A stretch of DNA of 64,000 bases from Eledone cirrhosa (GCA_964016885.1 OZ024740.1:230640001-230704000), one strand, 5' to 3'; positions 38,809 to 54,452 are shown, numbered from the stretch's first letter. Notes: generated by a model from the sequence alone, not told the origin. Translations and numbers: made by a program.

Positions 38809-40740
38809 ATACAAATAAATAAATAATTAAATAAACGTATATAAATAAATAAATATGTATATAACAAGCGCACACACATACCTACATGTAAATACACAAA
38901 TGTTCGGAGACGTACGTCAACCAAAACATGAAGTACACATATACACACACCCTACATACGTACGAACCCGCATACTCACACAGACGCAAAACTCCCGTAT
39001 ACACATAACCAAAAGCATATGTACCAGAATATATAAAAATATACGCCATAACATATACAATCAAATATACGTACGACAAAACATACAGGTAATATATACT
39101 TACCTATTCAAATAAGTAATGGTATAAACATAACATATACTTAGCTACCACATCAAGACGTAAAATATCCACGTATAGATCGTATATACCGTTAGGGTAT
39201 AATGTGGGGCTGTAATACAGGAAAGTTTTGTGCAATTTATGTTTACAAGCCGAAATTGCCTCAGATTTTTTGTTTAAGATGTGGTCTGTGGCGTAGAGTA
39301 TTTCCAGGGCCTCAGCGGTGCAGAGGTCACATGGTCTTTTATTTCCGTTATACGATCTAGCCCTAGCTAGGATCTCCCAGTGTAACTTATATTGGGCGTA
39401 CTCAGATATAAGCTGAAAGTGACGTCATATTCCTTCTTAGAGGGTAACGAAAAGAATGGGTATACATGTAAAGACGCTGCTTGAATCTATTGGCGGTTAA
39501 CCCTCTGTAGGCCCTACGGGACGTGGGTGTTTCAACCTTACATTTGTAGACAATGTCACTAGAGAGGCATTTCCCGGATAGGGGGCAATCAACCCGATTC
39601 TTACAATTACAGTTAGTACTAACTACAGGGTTGCACGTGTTCCTACGGCTAGGTAGTTTAGCTAAATTTGAAGCTGTGATGTTATGTGCAAGGTTAGGAG
39701 TCTTAGAGTAAGAAATTTTAATAGTATTTCTATTAAAAATGTTACTATATTTATGTGTAGGGCGAAAATGCTTTGTAATAAGGGATAGAAAGATCTTAGC
39801 TAATGGTGTGGCCACCTCCATATTATAGGGTGAGTTATACCATATAATGCGACGGGATCTATTTCTTCTAGGTCTATTCTCGTACTCTGTATATGCTACC
39901 TTATCGACAAATCCACTCTGAGCAAGAGCTTCATTGTAATAAGTGGAATGGTCGTTGAAAATATGCTCATTAGTAGATACACGGGAAAGCCTCAACGAAA
40001 CGTTTCTTACCAAGTTCTTGGTTATGCTGGCAGGATGGTTGGAATGCTTACTTATGTAATTAAGCGTATCATTCAGTTTTCTATACGGGGAATACAAGCC
40101 ATTCGATAAATTGAGAGTAACGTCGAAGTAATTAACGACCGAGAGGTTGGCCTCAACCTGTATAGAGAGGTTGAAGCCTTTTAAGAAGGCTGTGAGTTCT
40201 TTTCTGAACCTGTCGCAAGCACGAGGGCCGCACTTAGTCATGGTCAAAAGACCATCATCACGGTACAAACCACCGCCCGCGTTGGGGAATTCGTCCTTGA
40301 TAGAGAAAAGAAGGAAAAGGCCGATAAGATCAGTAACCTCCGCACAATCGCTGGCGCCTATACTCACATCGAATGGGGTACTATTGGATTTTTTAATCCA
40401 AATAGAGTCGTCGAAATTAATCACCGACTTTCGGGCATTGAGGATGACATCAACTTCGAAATCCTTAACCACTGTGAGTGTTTTAGTGAGATTGATAGCT
40501 CTAAGGAGAAGTGGTAAAGTGATGGAGGAGTAGTAATTGTTGATGTCGAACTGGATAAAACGGCAATGTTCCTTGTTGCATATGCCATTGAACCAATCAA
40601 TCACCGCAAAAGAATTGTTCCACAGTGCAAGAGGGGCCAAACTTCTAATTTCAGGTATAATTCTATCAAGAATCCTTTTACTAAGTCTACCTAAATTGGA
40701 CTTTGTAGGGTTAATAAGCCAAATAGAGGGGTTGTTCTAT
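38178..40740 (-). mobile_element. 5'-truncated Penelope-like element 2 (YRDD-type RT, Cys-rich linker, GIY-YIG)
   Basis: ORF 39402-40640: QFDINNYYSSI, FDVSIGASDCAEV, GLYRDDGL, CNCKNRVDCPLSGKC, IVYKCKV..YRGLTANRFKQR; continues frameshifted as WEIL..CDLCTAE..LNKKSE..CKH; long 3' UTR. Confidence 0.9.
38200..38250 (-). ncRNA. Hammerhead-like motif at PLE 2 3' terminus
   Basis: AGTTT-CAGAAGA-T-CCC-GTTAA-GGG-T-GAAA-GCA-GCAATTCTT-TGC-TT^AAACT. Confidence 0.65.
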
Positions 40741-40778
40741 GTATATATACGTATATATGTGTGTATATGTAGATATAC

Positions 40779-40817
<39 letters not shown>

Positions 40818-40927
40818 CGTGTGTGTGTATGTGTGTATATTTGTGTATATGTGCGTGTGTATATATATGTGTGTGTGTGTGTATATATATATATGTGCGT
40901 GTGTATATATATGTGTGTGTATATATA

Positions 40928-40978
<51 letters not shown>

Positions 40979-41065
40979 ATATATATATGTGTGTGTGTGT
41001 ATATATATGTGTGTGTGTGTATATATATATATGTGTGTGTGTGTATATATATATATGTGTGTGTG

Positions 41066-41096
<31 letters not shown>

Positions 41097-41817
41097 ATAT
41101 ATATATATGTGTGTGAGTATATATATATATATATAGGAACAAGTATGACCCCGACGGCAGTCAACGCTTGACTGGGCTTCCCCCACTCCCTCTTTGTCCT
41201 ACCAACAAGTTCAGCAGCTACCCCTACCCTACCTTCCACTAAATGCCATGATAGAATCAACTGTCTTTACAACAAATTGTAAGGTTGTGAGTTTGAATCG
41301 CAACCGGGCGGTGTTTTGTTCTTGAGCAAAACACTTTATTTCACACATTACTCCAGTTGACGCAGCTGTAGAAATAAGTTGCAACATCACTGTTGTCTTT
41401 CCCTTAGATAACATGGGTAGTGTAGCGATAGAAGTTGGGTATGCATGGCTGACTGCTTGGTCATCCACAACACTCCTTGTCCAAGCTTGTTTCTCAGAGG
41501 GGAACTTTCTAGGTGCAAAACAATGGTCATTCATGACCGAAGGGGGCCTATGATGTAATTTTATGTATAAATAGACAATTTTAATATATTAAAAGAGATG
41601 AGGAATGAAATTGCATGAGAAAGGCATGAACAGCACAAAATCCAATTTACTTTCATTTCTTTAAGATCCTGTGACAATACATAAAAATTGTTTAAATTTC
41701 AAGAATATCGATTAACTATACTCTCCTTTATTTATTTTAGGAGGGGAATAAATGCATTTGTTTTGTAAAAAAGATACCTTTTGTAAATTACGTTTTCTAT
41801 TGTAAATTTTCTAAAAT

Positions 41818-41857
<40 letters not shown>

Positions 41858-44800
41858 ACTTTTCTTCCTCCCCATATTTTTTTGTTCTTTCTTTCTATTT
41901 TTGGTATTTTTTTTTAGCTCCTTAACCTTATGTCTCATTTGAGTAGATTTATTTTTGAAATGCTACTGAACAACTTAGCGCAAACCTATTACTATGAGGT
42001 TTTTCTCTTCACATATTCTAAAGATGCTTTCATGTTTGGTGATTGTTTCCGATTGGAATTATTGTCAAGATGAATGAAAACAGCTCTTTTGTTTTCACAT
42101 GAATAGAAGCAAAGCCAATATTTTGATGCTTATCCAGAGACACTGTAATGAATTAATTTCTTCATTTTTATACATGCTATTTTATTATTTTATTTTACTT
42201 TTTTTTTATTTCACATTTTTATTTTATTTTATTTTACATTTTATTTTATTTTACATTTTTATTTTTTGTTTTATCACATTTTTATTTTATTTTATTTTAC
42301 ATTTTTATTTTATATTTTATTTAAAAAAATTTCTCATTGTGGTTACATTCATCTGTTTTTGTTAGTCTCATCATGTTCAGATTCAACTCTTTTGTTACAA
42401 TATTAGTTGTTGTCATTATTATTTTCATCGTCATCCTTATGTGTTTAACAGTCATTTCCTTCTGCTAACATTGATTGAAAGGTCTTTAGAAGAAGAGTTT
42501 CTCCCCACCTTCCCTTTAACCCTTTGTCATTTCATTTAGGGAATATTCAAGGATAGGGGACAAGCACATTTTTTTGTACTTTGCCTCAAGTTTTTGTTAG
42601 CTTCATTCTGTTTATTTACCATATATATATATTTTATTTGTTTTGAAAATATGTAAACCCCCAGCATGCGGTTATCTACTGGATCTGCAAAATCTCAGTT
42701 TAAAATCATGTAGTGATCCATGAAGGTTGTATGTAAAATAGAGGTGCAACATAGACATGATTATATATGATATTAGACCACCCGTGCCCCGTTGGGTCAC
42801 ATTCACTTAAAAATATATTTTTTAAATCATGTTTACTTAAAAATAATTTTTAAATAATTAAGTTATACCCAGGCATATCTCTCATTCAATCTACTCTCTC
42901 ACAACCACTATCTCTTTCTCTCTATCTTTCTCTCTCTCTCTATTTATGAAGGTACCTGGAAAAACCCTGTATCTCGAGAACCAGTGCTCCAATTTACGCA
43001 AAACTTGTTTTATTCCATTTGTATTCCCATTTCAGGAGAAACTTCCTTTCAAAGTATTTTCCCATTATGCGCTGTTTTTGGCTGTATTACATTACAGGCA
43101 AGACACAATTACAGAGTTTTTGCAGTATATATATATAGATAGATAGATATATAGATATCGGAGTGATTCTGGCGGTAAGAAAATGAAAATTTACAGCTAA
43201 AATTTATGCAGGTTTAGCTGGCTTCCCAAGAGATTGTATCTTGTAAGAGGTTACTCGGGTGTTTTAATGATATGGAAAGTAATATGAAATGAAATGCCTT
43301 GTCTGAAAACACAACACACTGCCTGGTCTAAGAATTGAACCGTAGATCATATGATCGTGAGTCTAACACCATACTATTTGAAACTAGACATTATCCAATA
43401 ACATAGTTGTCTAAAGTCTGTCTCAAGCCTGGGAGCCTCATCAAGCTGGTGCTTCTCCTGGTTTCCATGGCGACTTCCCCCTGAACAGGATACCAGTCCA
43501 TCGCAGGGTTAAACCCCCAGGTATTTCTGGTACTCATTTTCAGTTGAGTGTGCTGGAGCAATGTGAAATGAAGTGTCTTGCTCAAGAACACAACACAACA
43601 CACAGCCCAGTTCAGGAATGGAACCCACAACATTATGATCATAAGTCCGACACCCCCAGGCCATGTGCCTCCACAACACAGTGGTAGAATGGCATAAACG
43701 GTGGAGCTTCTGATCAAATCAAATGTTTTAACAGAAATATGCTTTGTTTTTTTCCCCTCTGCTCAAGGTTCGAATCCTGTTTAAAGAAGTTGACTTTGTT
43801 TTCCCCCAACCTCTCTCTCTCTCTCTCTCTCTCTCTGATCAATAAATCCAGTACTAATGAATATTATGCAATGATGTGAATTCAACTGACTACCTACCTC
43901 ATTCCTCTACAGATATGTGGCTTTGTGCCAATGTAAAAACAAACAAAATCAATATTTCTCATCTCACTAACATTACTCTCATCATTTAGTAATACAAATG
44001 CAAGCTCTCTCTTCTCTTACATGCATCAACAAACATCTCCAATTACTAAATACATTTCTCACATCATTTACACTTCTCTCAGATTTACTTAACACATCCA
44101 ACTTATCACACACATTTATATGGCTTTCCACTTGCTACAAGTATTTTTCTGCCTGTAGCATTACAAAGCACTGTAAAGCTTAACTTTATGGAGAGAAGCT
44201 CTTTCTGTCAACAACAAAGTTATCATCATTATCATCATTACCATTTAACGTTTATTTTCCATGCTTGCATGGGTTAAAAAGGTTGTCGCATAATAAAGCC
44301 AGGCAAGTTAGGTGACTACATCATGCTAATATGAACCGATTTTGGCTTGGTCTTCTATGGCTAGATGCCAATTACATTACAATATGTACTGGGAGCTTTT
44401 TCATGGCACCAGTATGACGACCATACAGGGTGAACTGGGAATTTTTTCCATAGCACCAGTATGACCACCTTACAGGGTGCTTTTTTTTTTTGTTTTTGAT
44501 TTTTGTAGCACCAGCACTGCCACTTTACAGGGTGAGCTGGGTTGCTTTTTGTTGATGGTTGGAAAGAAATATCAGATGGATATGGTATAGGCTGTCAGCT
44601 TAGAGATTTTGTGTTCAATGCTCAGTGAGCTGGTTTTTGTGTATTTAGGTAATACACTTAATATGTAACTTTAATCTCACTTCTACTACTAATTAGGTGA
44701 CTTACGTATCAAAAGCTATCAACTATTTCAAGGTTGCCTTGCAAGCACTTGAATAAATTTCACATGAATTTTTACTGCTATCTATTCTTAATCTCGGGTC

Positions 44801-45095
44801 TTGAATAATCGTTCCCTCCTTTGTCCCTGCTTATTAAATTTTGCTAATCTATCTCTGGCGAAATTTTATTTTAAGTGGTAGCATTCCTGCAGCAATTAAT
44901 TTTCTTTATACATTAAAAAAAACGTACCTGACAAAAAAAGAACATTACAATATGTTATAAAATAAGTCGAATGAGTTGGGGGGTCTCAATATGTAAACTA
45001 AATGACTAATTCTGGTTTTTAAAAAAATTAACGTTCTCAGACATGACATCTTTAATTTTGTTAGTACATAATATATATATATATGTATGTATGTA

Positions 45096-45640
45096 TTTTG
45101 TATATCTAATGATATACGGTATGTTTACGAATAAACACTTGGAAAGCCTTCTGGCTATGAATATTGAAAAGTTGACAGCCAGCACCGTCTAGCAGATATT
45201 CCAGCAGAAGTAGCAGAGGACAACTGCCAATGCATTTCCGGCTCTAGCCAGCATCAAGACGGTGCTTCTCCTGCTCTCTGCTGTAATTTGAAACATGCAA
45301 AAATTTATAGTTTTTTCACTTATGTAGATGGAGTAATTAGCCTTGTTTGCATATGGAGCTGTACAAGCCAGCTCAACTTATATTTAATTTCACTTTCAAG
45401 CTGAATCAGCTCGTACAGCTCCATATGAAAATGAGGCTAATCAGCCCGTCTACATAGGTGAAAAAACTATATATTTCCATGTTTCAAATTCCAGCAGAGA
45501 GAAGGGGAAGCACTGTCCTGATGATGACCAGAGCCAGAAATGCATTGGCAGTTGTCCCCCTCTACTTCTGCTGGAGCCACCTAGAAGGTTTCCCAAATGT
45601 TTATTTGTAAACATACCGTATATCATTAGATATACGAAAT
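45096..45640. mobile_element. Large diverged fold-back element with a hammerhead in each arm
   Basis: About 250-bp arms centred near 45388; about 50-nt extra sequence in left arm. Confidence 0.8.
45512..45552 (+). ncRNA. Minimal type-I hammerhead
   Basis: ACTGTC-CTGATGA-TGACCAGAGCCA-GAAA-TGCA-TT^GGCAGT; left arm restores stem II TGGC-TAGA-GCCG. Confidence 0.75.
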
Positions 45641-47676
45641 TCACATACTTATATGTATGAGCGAAAACTTTAATATATATATATTTATATATATAATCAT
45701 CATTTAACATCTATTTTCTATGCTTGCATGGGTTAGACAGGTTGCTACATTGTGAAATAAGTCAGGTCAGGTGACTGTGCCTTGCTCATACAAAACTGTT
45801 ACATATATATATATATATATGTGTGTGTGTGTATAAATATATATGTATAACTATATATGTATATATATACAGTCAGTAGGCACCTCTAACAACAAAGTGA
45901 AACCTACTACAGTCAGTAGGCACCTCTAACAAAATACACCCCGTCCCACTACCCCCACCCCATCCACACCACCCCTTCAATGTAAAGTTATGTTGGTACC
46001 ACAACATCCAGGCTGAAACAAATGAGGTCGTGTAGGTGTCACGACAAAAAAAACACACAGTCCACGCTGTAATGTGGCCGTGTAGGCAACACGGTAAAAA
46101 CCTCCCAGACCCACACTGTAAATGTGGTTGGTGTTAGGAAGGGCATCCAGCCGTAGAAAACCCGCCAGACAGTCCTATGCGAGCAAGACAACCACTCTTG
46201 CCTCAAGTGGGAAAACCCCCGTCCAAACCCATGCAAGCGTGGAATATGGACGTTAAACGATGATGATGATGATGATGATGATATATACAATGGTCTTCTT
46301 TACAAGTTCTGCCCATTTACCAAATTCACTCACAAGGTCAGTCCAAGACTCGTAGAAAATATTTGCCCATGTTTCAGCAAGATTTAACTCCAAATTACAT
46401 GGTTATGAAGTGAACTTTTTAACCACACAGCCAGGAAGAAAGCACCTTTCTTCTCCACACCTTACTTCACTAACTCAATGAAACAAGCTCATACAAGTTT
46501 GTAGAGAGGGAGGACATTAAAGGAAATAATGTTATAATGTTTTTGTCTTTGTTCAGTGGCTGTTCTGTAAGAAGTATAATGATTTACTTGATTCACTTTT
46601 ATATATACTAGACACTTATTTGTAGATAAGATACCATAGATACTGTAAAACACTAGTTGATTTCTTTTCTGTTTCCACTGAGTCTTGTTTCTATATAAAA
46701 CGAAATAATGATAGTGATCTGATCTGGTCTGATTTGATTTGTAATCACTAAATGATTCTCTGTAATGTCTGTTCCTCTATTGTATAGACTATTCTAGATA
46801 AACAGTTAAAACCTTTTCAATCTGAAGAGCCATTTTTAGCTTATAAAAAAAGGAATAATAATAATAATGACTATTAGAACTGCAAACAAAAATACACACA
46901 AGAAAACATGAATTCTTCTTAGTCAATCTGATTTCTGGCTTTGAATCTTATTTGAAAATACTTCAATATTTGGATCATGAGTCATGGTTATTATTTTAAT
47001 ACAAGAATGAATTGTGGTTATTAATACAAGATTAAGGGCAGTGGATTGGAAGAACCATTAGAGCACCAGACAAATTGCCTTGCAGTATTTAGTTGTGCCT
47101 CTTTAAATTCCGAGTTCAAATCCCACCAAGGTTAACTTTGCATTTCATCTTCCCAGGGTCGTTAAAATAAAGTCCCAATCAAGTACTGGGGCAGATTTAA
47201 TACAAACTACCCTTCCCCAAAAATTCTTGGTCTTTTGCCTAAATTAAAAATCATTATTCTAATACAAGATTGCAAATGCAATAAAATGAAAAAAAAAAAT
47301 TCAGAGCATCTCAGAACCTCAGTAAAGTACCCATCCAATGCTGGTGGGACCCTTCTCTCCTTTCAATTGTTCTGTTGTATGAAGGGTTGTAGGGTCAAGA
47401 GGGTGTCTATGTTTACTCTTGATTACATGGGAACCTAAAACCCTTAGTACATATTGGTACAGAGTTGATTGAAGAGTTTAATTTTGTTTATATAAAATGG
47501 CTTAGTGGTTCGTGTGTTGGACTCATGATTACATAGTCCTGGGGTCAATTCCTTGACCAGGCATGATGCTTCATTTCAACCCCTGGCCTATCTATGAGGA
47601 CTGTGGCTCCAATTGAGTGCTGACTTGGTCTGTGATGACCCATCCAACTTATGCTAGCATGGAAAAGAGACATTAA

Positions 47677-47707
<31 letters not shown>

Positions 47708-48863
47708 CTTTGCTATATATATTCACAAATTGTATTCTTTTATATAAACTTAAGAATTATTTGATCTCTAAAATAACAATACATTTAGTACCTAAACGAC
47801 CTTTTGATGGAACTTGTCAAACAACTTACAAACATCATAATCCAACTATTTACTACTATGCTTTGTTAACACCTTTATTAGGTAACTATTTCTCCATTAA
47901 CTACCTATAGATGTTTACAATCTACCTCTGATCTAACTTTAATCTTTCTGTCTTTTATTTGAAGTTACAACCTCCAACTTTTGTATGGGTCATTAATTTC
48001 TGTAAACCTTTTTAGTTTCCATCTTTTCAGCTTTATCCAAAGTGATAAAGCTTTGTTTACAACTTGTGAATGTTCTCAGGTGAACTCAATAGGATTAGTG
48101 GGAGAGGGCTGGCTAAGCATAATGTAAACTTAACATTGCATTTGAATTGAAGGTTTGTCCAACCCATACAAGCATGGATAACGGATGTAAAATGATAATG
48201 TTAATGATGATGATGTGGATGATAATTCAATGAAGTTGTGTGTATAAATAGGAAGAGTATCTAAGACGTCTGCAGTTTTACTGAGAAATAAAGTTTTAAG
48301 AGAAATTTTCAAAGCCTTTGTATATTTTTCTTTTAAAGGAAGGGTGTGAAACAGCACTTATATTTATTAGTCAATTAGAATTGTGAGAATATCAGACAAA
48401 ATGATTTGAAGTAATAATAAGTCTCAACAAAATAGCATCCAGTTCACCCTGTAAAGTGGTCATGTAGGTGCCACAGTAAAAAGGCACCCAGTACTCACTG
48501 TAAATGAGGTTGGTGTTAGGAAGGGCATCCAGCTGTAGAAATCAAGCCAAAATCAGTTCTGTAAGAGCAAGACATAGTCACTTGATCTGTCATTGCCCAC
48601 AACAGGACAACCCGTCTAACCTATGCTAGCATGGAAGAATGGACGTAAAACAGTGATGATGTTGAACATTGTGTTCGAATCCTACTGAGATCAACTTTGC
48701 TTGTTATCTTTCAGAGGTTGATAAAGCACCAGACAGACAAACAGAAGATAAATAGATTTTGTAGACATTCCTTTATTCTATTTTAAGTATTATCATTGTA
48801 AAAAAAAAATTTTATTTACACCTCACACATATGTAGTTACTTCTGATAGGTTTCAGAGGTGTT

Positions 48864-49103
48864 TTAACCCCTTAGTTACCAACCTGGCCATAACCAACTC
48901 TGGTTCTATGAAATAAAACCACCCATTTTAAAGGTTTCCAATATAAATCAAAATCTTCTAACATAATTTTATATAAGAACCTTATATTAAGTTACTATCT
49001 TAGTAATGAAATAATTGATAATTTTAGTTAATCCCTCAAAATTATACATTAATTAATTAAAATAGGATGTATTTCATTAGAAATGCAGTCGTGAAAGGGT
49101 TAA
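48864..49103. mobile_element. piggyBac-like MITE
   Basis: TTAA-CCC...GGG-TTAA; related copy 51317-51774 carries an insertion. Confidence 0.75.
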
Positions 49104-50162
49104 TGATAGAAGCCCCAGCTCTATCATGAAAAGCAATGTAAAATGAAGCATCTTGCTCAAGAAAACAGTGTTTCCTGTTTTAAGATTTAAACTCATAACC
49201 TTATTATTGTGAATCCAACTCCTCAATCAGTAGGCCCTGCACCTTATCATTAATTCCATCATCATTGTTATCAACATTACTATAATTTACGATTAATAGT
49301 AATGTATGCATGTTATTATGCACACATTCACACACAAGCATGTGCATTCATACACACACATATGTGCACGTGTGTTTGTGTGTGTACACACAGCTTCATG
49401 ATGCATACACACAAAAAAATGTGTAATTTTAATATTAAATTCTAAAACAGGTTTATTAATTCTTATAGTTCTTTAACTCGTGGACAGATCATAGTAAAAA
49501 TTTGCATTATTATAGTAAATACTGTAATTTTTAATGTGATGTAATCATCATTATTATAACCCGCCGAGGTTAACTTTGCCTTTCATCCTTACAGGGTCGA
49601 TAAAATAAAGTACCAGTAATGTACTGGTTAATTGCTGGCCTTGTGCCAAAAGTAGAAACAATTATTATAACCATTTTATATCCATTTTTGATACTGGCAT
49701 GGGCTGGGCAGGTTGTCACAATTTCAGACCACACAAATCAGAACAACCAATCTTGTTCATTTTATTCCATATTTTGCATGGTTTCTATGGCTGAATGCTC
49801 ATCCTATTGCCAACTACTTTACAAAATGTACTAGGTGTATTTCTCTTTTTTAGACCATCATTACAATGTTGACTGAGTGCATTTTATCATGGCACCAATA
49901 CTAACACTTTTTTATCATGGTTGGCACTGATAGTAACACTTTACACAAGATTTAGAGAGGTGGTTTTAAGTGGTACAGGACGTTTAGAATTAAACGTTGA
50001 ACTACTGCACCCCCACCCCCAATCTATCCATTTATCTATTTATTTTTTACCTGAAGAAATGAAATCACAAACATTACTTAACAGCTATATTGCCATTAAC
50101 ATATTTGCTAGCTTTTAAACCTTTGCCTATACAGATTCTATGTTCAGCTATTAAGTTGATTG

Positions 50163-50220
<58 letters not shown>

Positions 50221-50229
50221 ACACACACC

Positions 50230-50286
<57 letters not shown>

Positions 50287-53200
50287 AAAAGGTAATCAGA
50301 AATAACAACACAATCGGTACAGTATATGGAAGAAATTAGTTTAATGGTTGAATATGTTTGTGTGTATATATATATATATATGTGTGTGTAAGGGAAAATG
50401 TAAGACTCTTTTCCTACTATATAAAGTGTTAAACGAATATATATTATAAAACAATTTAACATTTAGGAATTGATAGAAAATTAAGCATTTTTATTGTTAT
50501 ACTATACTCTTTGAGTTCAAATTCCGCCAAGGTCATCTTTGCCTTTTATTCATTCATAGTCAGTAACTCTGCTTCAGTACTGACTTGGTCTATGAAGACC
50601 AGTCCAATCCTTGCTAGCTGGGAAAGCAGATGTTAAACGATGATGATGATGATAATAAAAGACAAGGTTTTTTTTACATATGTCTATATCTACAGTGTTG
50701 TCTAAAGAGATATGATCATCATCATCACCATTTAACGTCTATTTTTCCATGCTTGCATGGGTTAGATGGGTCATCCACGTTATGAGACAAGTCTGCCCAG
50801 TTGGAAACTCCGTACCTTGCTCAGGGATTTTTACAGCTGGATGTCCTACCTGACACTAACCACGTTTACTGTGTGATGCTGGGTGGTCCTGTTATGAGAC
50901 AAGTTTAGTCAGATGGTTGTTTCGTACCTTGCACATATTGGGACTGTGTGTTGGCTCGGCTTTACGGCTACTGGATGCCCTTCCTAACACCAACTAGATT
51001 TACAGTGTGGAGCTGAGTGGCACTGTTACGAGGAGGGTTTAGCCAGTTAGCTGCACTGTACCTTGCTCCGAGGAACCGTATTTTGGGAGTTGGGTGGCCC
51101 TATTATGAGGAGGGTCTGGCCAGTTGGCCATGCCATGCCTTGCTCATAGTGGGGCCATGTTTAGGCTGGGTTTTTACGACTGCAGGATACCCTTCCTACT
51201 GCCAACCACATTTACAGTGTTTCTAGATATATTCTGTAGTATTGTAATTGTATAACCTATTAACACACCTGGAATTGCCAACGTGTTATATATGCAAATG
51301 AGTCTATCCAATTTACATAACCCATTTGATACCAACCTGCCCCCAAAACTACCCCTGGTTTTAAGAAACAAAATCAGCCATTTTAAAAAGTTCTTATTTA
51401 GATTAAAATCTTCCAACATAATTTTATGTCGGAACACACAACCACAGATGAACAAGCCCACACGCACATTTACCGCCCTCACTTACACACACATACACAA
51501 ATAAGCTCATACATACACATGTATGTGTTGTGTATATTTGAGTATGTGTTGGGAGTGTGTATGGGCATGTGTTGTGTATGAATAGGCATGTGTTTTATTT
51601 CATGTGTGTATGGAGTATGTGTTGTGTATGTTTATTTTATATCAGAACTGTATGTTAAGTTTCTATCATAGAATAATGGAATAATCAACAGTTTTAGTTA
51701 ATCCATCAAAATTCTTCATTACCATAATGAAAGTGCAATGCATTTCATTAGAAATATGGTAATGAAAGGCTTAAGCCCTTAATAATAATAACCTGCTTAT
51801 AAGCAAGGGTTCTATGGACATTTAATTTTTAAGCAGAGTTCCCTGAGGCTTGAAAACTATTTCAAGGATCACACAAGGATAAAAAGGTTGAAAAATGCTG
51901 GTCTATTACATACAGTAGGGGCCTTTCACATGCAAAGCATGGGATCAAAAGAGATGGCTCCTACCTAACAGATTCCTGAGTGGCAGATAGAGGAATGATC
52001 TCTAAATATATGGGCTAGCAATGAATATGGAAATAAAGTACCCTGGACTAAATATGGGCTGCCGGTTGACATGGCACAGCATCCAACAGCCATGCAGCCT
52101 AGGTTTATAGGTAAAACTATGGGAAGCAGCATTGTAGATGTGCAATCTTGACAAAAGTGTCATCCATTGACCAACATTCACATGATGCTGAACTGACAAG
52201 CCTCTCTGTGGTCAATGACCAGGATCATCAAGTTCCTGACAGTGAATGTAACTCTGCGATATCTCTAGACATGGTGACCACAGATGTTATTAAACTAGAG
52301 TGAAACACTTGATGCTGGTCAGAGGTTCCTCTGTCAGGTCAGTGACCAGGATCATCTTGGTCCCTACAATGTACTACTGCTGACCTTGTGACCTGATAAC
52401 CTTAGATATTTTTAAGCTACTGAATGATTTGAAATTACTCACACTACCAGCTCAGTTGAAGCAAGATCTACCAGATGATGATGGTCATTGCATACTGTGT
52501 TGACTAACATTTATACTAGGGTCGGGGAAAAAGTTAAAAGACGGACAAAGGTACTCTCACGGAATGACCAAATGAGGATTATTTTTTCAACATAGTCCGT
52601 GAAAAGAAACAATACAGTTGAAATGGATGCATGCAAGATTTCACAGCTCTAGCATCATTCCTCCATTCATAGTGAGCCTATGAACTTTTCAGCCCATCTT
52701 CATATATGTAACTCACTCTTCTTCCTCTAAGCGTGAAACTAATATGACTTTGTTAATGCATTCTCTTGTATATTTGTTTTTTGTTTCCGTGATTTATATA
52801 TATATATATATATATATCATCATCATCATTTTACGTCCGCTTTTCCCTGCTTGCAAGGGTGGGACGGGAACTGATTCTGGCTTGATTTCTACAGTTGGAT
52901 GCCCTTCCTAACACCAACCTCATTTACAGTGAGTGCTGGGTGCTTTTTTGCCGTGGCACCTCCACGACCACTTTTCAGTGGAATGATAGGGACCCCAGTC
53001 CCTATCATCTCATTTCTACAGCTGAGTAAACTGGAGCAATGTGAAATAAAGTGTCTTGCTCAAGGAAACAACACATCGCCCAGTCTTCCATCCCACTTTT
53101 CCATACATCTCCCATGAGGACAGGCTGAAGCATACATCTAGTAAAGCCCAAACTCTAAAGTAGTTGTGATGGCAACACAACAAAAAGCATCCAACCCACA

Positions 53201-53407
53201 CAGTTAAGTGGTTGTGTAGGTGTCATGACAAAAAGCACCTAGTACTCACTGTAAATGTGGTTGGCATCCAGCTGTAGAAACCAAGCCAAAATCAGATGTG
53301 TATGAGCAAGAAATGGTCACCTGACCTGGCATTGATCACAACAGAACAACTCGTCTAACCCATGCTAGCGTGGAAAATTGGACATTAAACGGTGATGATG
53401 ATATATC

Positions 53408-53583
53408 TACGAGGGTTGGCTGAAAAGTTTATAGTCTGACCAAATGAAGTTTTTTTTCAACATTGTCCCTGGAAAGAAACATGGCAGTTATTAATAAGAG
53501 TTGAAATTAATGCATGCAAGATTTCACAGTTCTAGCATCACGCCTTCATCGTCAGCCTATGAACTTTTCAGCCCACCCTCGTA
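53408..53583. mobile_element. Mariner-like MITE
   Basis: TACGAGGGTTGGCTGAAAAGTT / AACTTTTCAGCCCACCCTCGTA. Confidence 0.85.
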
Positions 53584-53969
53584 GATAAATATTTTTTAAT
53601 GCAGTATAGCATTGAAATAATACTCCTCTAATGTGAGTGTGTATGTATGTATGCGTTGTCTGTAGCCAAGTTAATGACTTCACAAAGAGAAAATAAGCGT
53701 CATAATATTTTTGTAAGCTTTATATGAAATTCTGTCCCCCTCTTTTTCCTCCATGTCCATTTTACTTTTCTCTTTCTTCTTCTCCTCCATCTCCATCTCT
53801 TTACCGTTCTACTTTTTCTTCCAAACTATTTATTTTCTTCTTTATATATATATATATATACATACATACATATATAGTGTGTGTGTCTATATAAATAAAT
53901 ATATATTTTTGCATTGAAAAAGCTTGTTGATCACAAGCTGAAACCACTTGGCACTGCAGTTGGGGATTT

Positions 53970-54044
<75 letters not shown>

Positions 54045-54177
54045 CTCTCTCTCATTTTATTTTAACTATTAACAACCATTTGTTCTATTTTGTCTCTTAA
54101 ATTTAATTTCATTTTTTATTATTTTCTCCCTTTTTTATTTTCATATTCTTAAAAAAATTATATATGCATGTGTGTGT

Positions 54178-54229
<52 letters not shown>

Positions 54230-54293
54230 CTAGAAAATGACTTGTAGGTTTTAGTTAGGAAAAAATCCGATACAAATCCCAACAATAGCAAAA

Positions 54294-54452
<159 letters not shown>

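Noticed and set aside
39402-39404. In-frame TGA in the PLE endonuclease as selenocysteine (as in some Naiad PLEs)
   Set aside because: It falls where Trp is expected (LSAYI-W) and is followed by a frameshift; simple decay is more likely and no SECIS was seen
40691-41260. Long YI/CV/HT-rich ORFs (also at 5182, 25339, 35023, 37124, 54109)
   Set aside because: Translations of (TA)n/(CA)n microsatellites
47035-47125. tRNA genes at A/B-box-containing sites
   Set aside because: All run into SINE bodies and lack a full cloverleaf
53910-53958. TTGAAAA-AGCTTGT-loop-ACAAGCT-GAAA hammerhead-like motif
   Set aside because: Good stem II, but two core changes and no clean UH site; too degenerate to call
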